DNA of 50,895 bases, from positions 1 through 50,895 of IMG/VR virus record IMGVR_UViG_3300023443_000116; one strand, given 5' to 3'. Numbering within the stretch: the first letter of the stretch is position 1; every line of letters begins with the position of its first letter. Below, piece after piece: positions 18,239 through 24,079 of this stretch. The notes below the pieces were generated by a model. The model was not told where the DNA came from. It did not search any database and saw nothing but the letters and a program-made list of their open reading frames with translations. Source of the DNA: a virus (lineage: Duplodnaviria > Caudoviricetes). A program made the position numbers and the translations under genes.

Positions 18239-18541
18239 ATGAGTGAAAAATTAAGTGAAGAAACCCTTTTAATTGCACGCCATCTTACGGTTGCTCGTGT
18301 TCAGGATTTGCTTCTAGGAATGATGTTAAGAGCCTCCAATAGTGGCTATTCTATGGATATTTTCGACAAGCGTTTAGGATGGAAACCGGGAAAAATAACA
18401 GAAAAAGTTTATTCAGGGGACATTTCTTTAGATGATCTTTCAGACATTGCGCGGGCCTTTTGTTGCAAGCCAATATACGGGACAGAATCTATAGGCACTG
18501 TTGATTACGACTTCAAAAAGCAAGCGAAGAAAACCCCATGA
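18239..18541 (+). CDS. XRE-like HTH protein
   Basis: RLGW....I.......DISLDDLSDIARAF. Confidence 0.6.
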   Translation: MSEKLSEETLLIARHLTVARVQDLLLGMMLRASNSGYSMDIFDKRLGWKPGKITEKVYSGDISLDDLSDIARAFCCKPIYGTESIGTVDYDFKKQAKKTP

Positions 18542-18667
18542 CCTCATATATTAAGACGATACAGGATAAATAATGTTTGAACTATTAAGCCCAATACAAT
18601 GGTCTATAGGATTCACTTTTTTCCTGTTCTGGCTTATATGGTTGTTGGGGGATAGATAAAGGAGTGT

Positions 18668-18721
18668 GGCCCCGGCACAGTTTGTTGGGTGTTACAGCGA
18701 GGAGGAGAAAGTGCCGAGGCC
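18668..18721 (-). ncRNA. 11-bp stem-loop with a CUCCUCCUC loop
   Basis: GGCCTCGGCAC/GTGCCGGGGCC; the G-U pair favours the minus strand. Confidence 0.45.
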
Positions 18722-18746
18722 GAGGGGAAATTAGAAAGGAAATATA

Positions 18747-18932
18747 ATGAGCATAATGACTTGCATTAAATGTGACCGATATATTGATACCGATTACGAT
18801 GTCGAAGGGATTTGGGTTGATAAAAAAGGAAGCCCATCACATGACGATCCTTGGGACCTTGTTTGCTCTAAATGTGTAGAAAACCATTTCACTCCTGAAC
18901 AAATGGAAGTTTACGATAATGTATATTGGTAA
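18747..18932 (+). CDS. Small Zn-binding protein
   Basis: CxxC twice; AAAGGA RBS. Confidence 0.7.
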   Translation: MSIMTCIKCDRYIDTDYDVEGIWVDKKGSPSHDDPWDLVCSKCVENHFTPEQMEVYDNVYW

Positions 18933-19157
18933 TTATTCTTCTCCGCAGTTAAGGATGTGAAGAGCGTTGTCATCACCGACAGATTCCATGAAATTCTCAA
19001 AGCCTTCAGGCCAGTCTAAATCAGCAAGCCAGTCTTTTGTTTCGTCATCCATGGTGAGAGGTTCATGCCAATAGCATGTCAGATCAGTCTTTACCTTGAT
19101 AGCTCCTGTTATGCCACAGCCGCTTAACAACAAGGATATAAGGATGATTCTAATCAT
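18933..19157 (-). CDS. o-spanin-like lipoprotein (Rz1)
   Basis: Lipobox LLLSGC; additional Cys; end of the lysis cassette. Confidence 0.7.
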   Translation of the reverse strand: MIRIILISLLLSGCGITGAIKVKTDLTCYWHEPLTMDDETKDWLADLDWPEGFENFMESVGDDNALHILNCGEE

Positions 19158-19476
19158 TGATGTTGCATTCATTGGAGTAAACCCTCATTTCATCAACAAC
19201 TTCAAATAGGATATCACCCATGTTAGCATCACCCCACTGGTCAATGTGTCTGGGGTTGTCGCGCTGGTCTTTTTCAAACTCTACCATTCGACTATATTCA
19301 CGTTCAATTTCGTCTGCCCAATGGGGAAGCAAATTTACTATGCGCTCTGACTGGCAATTATCTCTGAGAGTATAGTTAAGTTCTGCACTATAAGCTGTGC
19401 TAAAGCCTATCAAGATGCTCACGGTTAGTGCGTTTCGGAGAATCTTTTCTAATCTTCTTGGCTTTCTTCCTTGCAT
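19150..19476 (-). CDS. Hypothetical protein with signal-peptide-like segment (start uncertain)
   Basis: ALTVSILIGFSTAYSA followed by a soluble domain. Confidence 0.55.
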   Translation of the reverse strand: MQGRKPRRLEKILRNALTVSILIGFSTAYSAELNYTLRDNCQSERIVNLLPHWADEIEREYSRMVEFEKDQRDNPRHIDQWGDANMGDILFEVVDEMRVYSNECNIND

Positions 19477-19606
19477 TGTCTCCCGCCTTCATCTGTTTAA
19501 GTTCAACCTCACGGGCTCCAGTCTTCTTGTCTTCGGACCGTTGTAACCCGCCGAGTATCTTTCCGATAACTCCAAAGAGGTTTTTAAGTAGTCCTATAAA
19601 GCCCAT
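19400..19606 (-). CDS. i-spanin-like protein (Rz)
   Basis: Amphipathic N-terminus plus basic coiled coil; follows the holin. Confidence 0.55.
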   Translation of the reverse strand: MGFIGLLKNLFGVIGKILGGLQRSEDKKTGAREVELKQMKAGDNARKKAKKIRKDSPKRTNREHLDRL

Positions 19607-19776
19607 CAGTCATTGGCCGGTGCAGCATACACACCAATGGCACTTAACAGACCCAGAACAGCAGTTTGGATTTCAGGACCGTCCATACCTTCAGGCAAGA
19701 CACCAAAGTTAATGATTGCGGCCACAATCAAGCCAACGACCATCCCGATAATCTTTGAATATTTTTTCATCGTCAT
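19606..19776 (-). CDS. Holin-like two-TM protein with dual start (MTMKKYSK...GVYAAPAND)
   Basis: Read manually; AGGAG RBS; two TM helices; directly downstream of the endolysin. Confidence 0.7.
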   Translation of the reverse strand: MTMKKYSKIIGMVVGLIVAAIINFGVLPEGMDGPEIQTAVLGLLSAIGVYAAPAND

Positions 19777-19781
19777 TACTC

Positions 19782-20192
19782 CTATTTATATGAATAAATG
19801 ATGGCTGGTAGTTTCGTGTATGCCACCCTCTTATCCAGGTGAAGGAAGGTATCTCCTATTCCTACCGTCCAGTCAAGATACAGGGCCATACGCATTAGTA
19901 AATGTAAGTCCCTGCTGTTTGGCCGTGCAATATCAACCGCACAGCAGTCAGTCTTGTATTTCTTGTTGCCAATCAAGTGGAAGGAGTTCACAGAGGCTTG
20001 GTAACCCCTCCTCAGAAGCCATCTCACCTTTTCCTGTGACCTGCACCCATCTGTAACGATCATGGGCTTGGCATAGCGCTCACGGAGGTTATCCAGTTCT
20101 GTTATAAATCCGGGCTGAAGCTTGACTTCTCCTGTAATAGAATCAGCAAACTCGGCTTCTGTAAAATATTTCTTGTCGCTTAAGTAGGACAC
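19782..20192 (-). CDS. Endolysin, peptidase M15A family
   Basis: YFT..EF; G.RS; S.H.....AVDI; FLHLD.R. Confidence 0.88.
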   Translation of the reverse strand: MSYLSDKKYFTEAEFADSITGEVKLQPGFITELDNLRERYAKPMIVTDGCRSQEKVRWLLRRGYQASVNSFHLIGNKKYKTDCCAVDIARPNSRDLHLLMRMALYLDWTVGIGDTFLHLDKRVAYTKLPAIIYSYK

Positions 20193-20410
20193 TTCTCTTC
20201 CAAAGTCGTTTTTATAAATGGGGCAAGTCTAGCAGAAAAATTCTCACCCTCAGTTTTGAACTTAAAATCAAATTCCATATCACGTTCCTGAGTCGCTAAA
20301 GTGACACCAGAGCCGATAAAATCTCCACGCCAACTTTTGGCAAGATGAAATATTTGATTGTCTAGTTGTGAATTCAGACCATCAGGATATTTTAGTTTGA
20401 CTGTAATCAT
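20180..20410 (-). CDS. Small ferredoxin/ACT-like-fold hypothetical protein
   Basis: GGAG RBS; GSG......RDMEF.F pattern. Confidence 0.6.
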   Translation of the reverse strand: MITVKLKYPDGLNSQLDNQIFHLAKSWRGDFIGSGVTLATQERDMEFDFKFKTEGENFSARLAPFIKTTLEEKCPT

Positions 20411-20421
20411 TATTAATCTCC

Positions 20422-21183
20422 TTATAAGTAGCGCATCATGAATACCGCAGGAAAGAAATCCAGTCTCCCTATTTCAATTCCAGTACCACGCAGGATTGTA
20501 ACACAGTTATTGCTTATCAATCTATAGGGTTGTCCAAGTTTAATGCCCAACATCTTACCGAAATCAGGGGGAGGTTTTATCTGTACCAACCTTCCCTGTT
20601 TTAATATCTTATGTTTAATGGGCCGCTTCTGATAACCGTCAAGACCTCGTTTGAAAAAATAATGCTGCCCAAGGTGAACCACTGCAACGTGAGATGTTGG
20701 GGCTCCTGTGAGCGATATAAATATATCTCGAACATTTTTAGGTTTCCTGAAGAATAAATAGGTGTTTAACGGGCTGTAGAGAGCCGTGGGACGTGATAGG
20801 AAGTTTTTATGTATCATACCAAGCCAAAGTAAAGGAAGGGCTATGTATGGCACTGACAGCGGTAAAAAATAATTCCGGTTAAACCAATAGGCATAACTGG
20901 GGTCATCAGCGTAATAGATAGCAAATTGCAAATATACTCTAGCAAGACCGTCTATAATCTCCATTGAAAGCCAGATCAGGGCAATGATTATCATAAATGG
21001 TTGTTTAATATATTTTAAACAAACCCAGAAAAGAAGAAAAGCCGGAATAATATTATCTAAAATCCCGGCTGTTATTGCAGTATGGAGTTGGGCATAATTC
21101 TCAACAGGAAATAAAAGATATAAGTTTTCTAATCCTATCTGAACTATGATTAGCCCAAGAAGTATTTTAGTCGGGCGGTCCAC
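20422..21183 (-). CDS. Multi-TM membrane protein with C-terminal permuted papain-like (PPPDE/LRAT-type) domain
   Basis: About 4 TM helices, then SHVAVV..G.HY.F and GQPYRLISNNC; likely GTG start at 21183 overlapping the peptide gene. Confidence 0.75.
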   Translation of the reverse strand: MDRPTKILLGLIIVQIGLENLYLLFPVENYAQLHTAITAGILDNIIPAFLLFWVCLKYIKQPFMIIIALIWLSMEIIDGLARVYLQFAIYYADDPSYAYWFNRNYFLPLSVPYIALPLLWLGMIHKNFLSRPTALYSPLNTYLFFRKPKNVRDIFISLTGAPTSHVAVVHLGQHYFFKRGLDGYQKRPIKHKILKQGRLVQIKPPPDFGKMLGIKLGQPYRLISNNCVTILRGTGIEIGRLDFFPAVFMMRYL

Positions 21184-21358
21184 AGCTAGGAGGGCACGTT
21201 GGCGAGTGCAATTGAATTGTCGCCATGTTTCCACAGACTAAGTTTATCCATTCTTCCCATTCCGGGTGAGCCTCCCTTTCGTCTTCGGGATAATGTGCGT
21301 TTTCAAAAGCCTCACAAAGTTTATCAAGAGCTTTCGTTAGTTTTTCATGTCGTGTCAT
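21167..21358 (-). CDS. 63-aa peptide ending SPTCPPSCGPPD (candidate precursor)
   Basis: AAAGGA RBS; own promoter; overlaps the peptidase start. Confidence 0.75.
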   Translation of the reverse strand: MTRHEKLTKALDKLCEAFENAHYPEDEREAHPEWEEWINLVCGNMATIQLHSPTCPPSCGPPD

Positions 21359-21389
21359 TGTTATTATCCTTTCTTAGTTGAGGATTTCT

Positions 21390-21418
21390 ATACTACCGTA
21401 GGTTATGTTATAAAACAA
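21390..21418 (-). promoter_or_regulatory. Candidate promoter for the peptide/peptidase pair
   Basis: TTGTTT-N17-TAGTAT. Confidence 0.45.
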
Positions 21419-21420
21419 CC

Positions 21421-21546
21421 TTTGGTGTAGTTAGAATTGGTGGCGACGCATCTATTCAGGCATCATCCCATGTCCGAGGAGTTGTTACTTACTTAGCTCG
21501 AAAGCTACGCACTATGCCTTATTCGCCAACTTAATGGACCACCAAA
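21421..21546 (-). ncRNA. Candidate structured ncRNA
   Basis: Nested stems TTTGGTG/CACCAAA, TGGCGA/TCGCCA, AGGCAT/ATGCCT and TAGCT-TTCG-AGCTA. Confidence 0.55.
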
Positions 21547-21549
21547 TAT

Positions 21550-21846
21550 CTATACAGACACCTCGGGATTAGTTGACGCACGGAATATGTCCGTTGTTTT
21601 CCCATTGCTGTTTTCAACAATTATCTTGTCAGCACATCCTTCAAATTCCCAAAGAGTGTGGTCCTCTTTCGCATAACAAGCAGTTGTTATATCTATTTGC
21701 TTTATCTTGCCACCATCATTTGCGTCTTTAAAAAAGAATTCTTGACTGCTTGGACTGTCAGAGCCAGCCTCATGGGCACCAGTGTTATAAGAGATGGCTT
21801 CATAAGTCCGTTGTTGGTTAACGCTATAGGCTTTAATCGTAAACAT
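21550..21846 (-). CDS. Conserved hypothetical protein (MFTIK...IIVENSNGKT)
   Basis: AGGAG RBS; recognisable phage family pattern. Confidence 0.75.
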   Translation of the reverse strand: MFTIKAYSVNQQRTYEAISYNTGAHEAGSDSPSSQEFFFKDANDGGKIKQIDITTACYAKEDHTLWEFEGCADKIIVENSNGKTTDIFRASTNPEVSV

Positions 21847-21886
21847 AGTCTTCTCCTTGTTTCTTCTGTTTTCTTGTTTCTAGTTA

Positions 21887-22075
21887 CTATCTCGTCATAC
21901 TCATGAACATCATAGCCAATAAAGCACCTAAAATCAATAATATGATGGAAAGCTTACCATCCATGTGAGCCATCTTCTTTTCAAGTTTGTTAAATTCAAT
22001 AGCCCACGCATCCCAGATTACATCAAAATGCTTGTGCATCGGGCCTTTGGAAAAGTCTGGTTTCTTGAAAGTCAT
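21887..22075 (-). CDS. Coiled-coil plus C-terminal TM protein (XhlA/holin-like)
   Basis: Heptad segment followed by a hydrophobic tail. Confidence 0.65.
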   Translation of the reverse strand: MTFKKPDFSKGPMHKHFDVIWDAWAIEFNKLEKKMAHMDGKLSIILLILGALLAMMFMSMTR

Positions 22076-22083
22076 AAATACTC

Positions 22084-22410
22084 CTAACGTTCACAATTTA
22101 TAGGTGGATAATTAAGCCTGAATAGAATATCAACAAGCTTATCTTGTTCGTCACGGGAAAGTGGAAATCTTTTGATGCACACTTTATCTTTATAAAAACC
22201 GTAGTCTTCTAAATCGAACCGCCGCTGGGTGCGGATTTGTTCCTCTTTAATGGGGTTTACTTCTTGGGCAATAGCACCAGTCAGTTCAGTTTGGGTCGTT
22301 GTGTTCTCATCAATAACCGTTTGAAGCTGGAAGTACCCCAAGATTGCTGCAACAATAACCCCGATACCAACGCCTCCGCCTACCTTTGTTCCTTTGGATA
22401 AAGTCATCAT
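22084..22410 (-). CDS. N-terminal TM protein
   Basis: GGGVGIGVIVAAILGYF; two Cys in the C-terminal part. Confidence 0.65.
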   Translation of the reverse strand: MMTLSKGTKVGGGVGIGVIVAAILGYFQLQTVIDENTTTQTELTGAIAQEVNPIKEEQIRTQRRFDLEDYGFYKDKVCIKRFPLSRDEQDKLVDILFRLNYPPINCER

Positions 22411-22853
22411 GGTACCGGTGCCTCCAGATTAGCCCAGGATACAAGACCGGACCTAGCCGTTCCTGTTCCTGAAACAGTAAAGGTGAATTTCATTCTTAAA
22501 TCTGCGTAATCAGTAATTGAATCCGCCTCAGTTGCAGTAAGGGTTTCGTTTCTTTCTCTCCAGTTTGAAGAGATATTAGTATGAGTTCGCGTTGCCCGCG
22601 TAGTTACATTTTCAATCAGTTCAACCTGTAGAGCCAGTGTCCTCCCAGCATTAGCATTTTTCTTATAGGCATAGTTCAAAACATGACCAAGACTTGTGGT
22701 GGGGTCAGTGATTGTCGTAAGTCCAGCCTCAAAGGTAGCTATCGTAGTTTCTTCCAAAGGAAGGATGTGACTGATGATGAAATCACTGTCATCTCTGGTA
22801 GCTTCATTAATGTCTGTCCAGGTGCCTCCCCAGCCTACCACTACCGTAGCCAT
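22407..22853 (-). CDS. Fibre-tip/jelly-roll-like protein (possible C-terminal part of a split gene)
   Basis: WTDINE...DDSDFI...ITDYADLR; downstream of the fibre gene. Confidence 0.65.
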   Translation of the reverse strand: MATVVVGWGGTWTDINEATRDDSDFIISHILPLEETTIATFEAGLTTITDPTTSLGHVLNYAYKKNANAGRTLALQVELIENVTTRATRTHTNISSNWRERNETLTATEADSITDYADLRMKFTFTVSGTGTARSGLVSWANLEAPVP

Positions 22854-23059
22854 TACTTGATAACTCCAAGGAAGGGACCGGGGCCTTCAAAGAGACTGCC
22901 AGAGCCACCTTGAGAAGACTGATTTTCGCTTACTGTAGTGGTAACGGTTGAAGATGATACTTCTTCATCTGGCCTAGCAAAGGTTGGGACATTAACAGGA
23001 GCCTCCACTGCTTCAGGACGAAGCGAGTTTGATTGTAAAGATGCATATAAATAACTCAT
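22853..23059 (-). CDS. Small fibre-associated protein (possible N-terminal part of a split gene)
   Basis: ATGA-coupled to the fibre gene; FARPD motif. Confidence 0.55.
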   Translation of the reverse strand: MSYLYASLQSNSLRPEAVEAPVNVPTFARPDEEVSSSTVTTTVSENQSSQGGSGSLFEGPGPFLGVIK

Positions 23060-24042
23060 GCTGGATTCAAGTCCCCTCCCATAAGTATCTCAGTCGATGA
23101 AATTTTCTCCCAAGTAATAATTGAAAATTGACCACGGGCAGCAACAGTAGCATTAAAGGCACTTGATAATCGCAAGGTAGTCGAAGTCCCTGCAGTAAAG
23201 GTTAAATTACCAGTGCCCACCTGTCTGCATATTCCGTATTCATTTGTTGTAAATGTGCCAACGGTAAGGGTAAAGGCTCTTGTCGTTGAACCTGTTAGCT
23301 CTACTGCCTTTCCTGCGTCATCTGCAACCAATTCATATGCGATTGATTTTGTAGTAACCCCACGATGACTTTTCTTTGCTGTATCAATTTCGGTAGTAGG
23401 GTCCGAGAGCTGTTCAATAGTCATGCTGGTGGTGCCAACAACAATAGTTCCATCAGTAGTTAGCGCAAACTCAAGTTTGCCATTTAATGTACCTTCTCTT
23501 ACTGCTACCCAGAAACCTAAAGCATCAGCGTCTTCGTCCAAATCCCCTGAACGAGCCCATGCAGAGGCAGAAGCATCGTATATCCCATTCTCAGCACCTG
23601 AAGTCTGGTCTTTAACCAATACCCTATCGCTTGCTACCACGGACACACCATCAATGGTCTGCGCCCCTGAAAGAGTTATATTTGCAGTCGTCGCTGCTCT
23701 CACTGAAGATTTGGCATTAGCCCCTGAAGAGGAAACTGTTGTAATAACATCATCTACAGGGTCATTCGTGAACAGTTCCACACCAGCAGAATCCTTGGCA
23801 ACGAACTTGAATGAACCGCTTCCCCATATATCTACTCTCGCCCCGGCAGTATTCTCCCAGAACCCAGCAGAGTTGCTTATCAAGGGATTGGTGTTAGCAA
23901 TGGATAAGGCTTTGTCAGCAAAGGTCGCCTTGTCTGTCGTGGTGCCGGTGACGTAAGTAAATAACTGTGCTCCTGATAAAGGGACGCCTGTCGTAGCGTT
24001 GGTTATCCTTAAGCCTGGTGCCCAGAGCAGTGAACCCGCCAT
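23056..24042 (-). CDS. Tail spike/fibre with head-binding-type N-terminal domain
   Basis: G.PL.GA.LFTY..GTT...T..D....ANTNP; VRAATTANITLSG.QTIDGV...DRVLVKDQ....NGIY. Confidence 0.85.
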   Translation of the reverse strand: MAGSLLWAPGLRITNATTGVPLSGAQLFTYVTGTTTDKATFADKALSIANTNPLISNSAGFWENTAGARVDIWGSGSFKFVAKDSAGVELFTNDPVDDVITTVSSSGANAKSSVRAATTANITLSGAQTIDGVSVVASDRVLVKDQTSGAENGIYDASASAWARSGDLDEDADALGFWVAVREGTLNGKLEFALTTDGTIVVGTTSMTIEQLSDPTTEIDTAKKSHRGVTTKSIAYELVADDAGKAVELTGSTTRAFTLTVGTFTTNEYGICRQVGTGNLTFTAGTSTTLRLSSAFNATVAARGQFSIITWEKISSTEILMGGDLNPA

Positions 24043-24079
24043 TATGTGTGCTCCCCGTTCTGATTGTGTGAACCTGCCA

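Noticed and set aside
21421-21546. Box C/D-like guide RNA (GATGATG..CTGA)
   Set aside because: The motifs are adjacent with no guide between them, they are not repeated, and no Nop-domain protein was recognised
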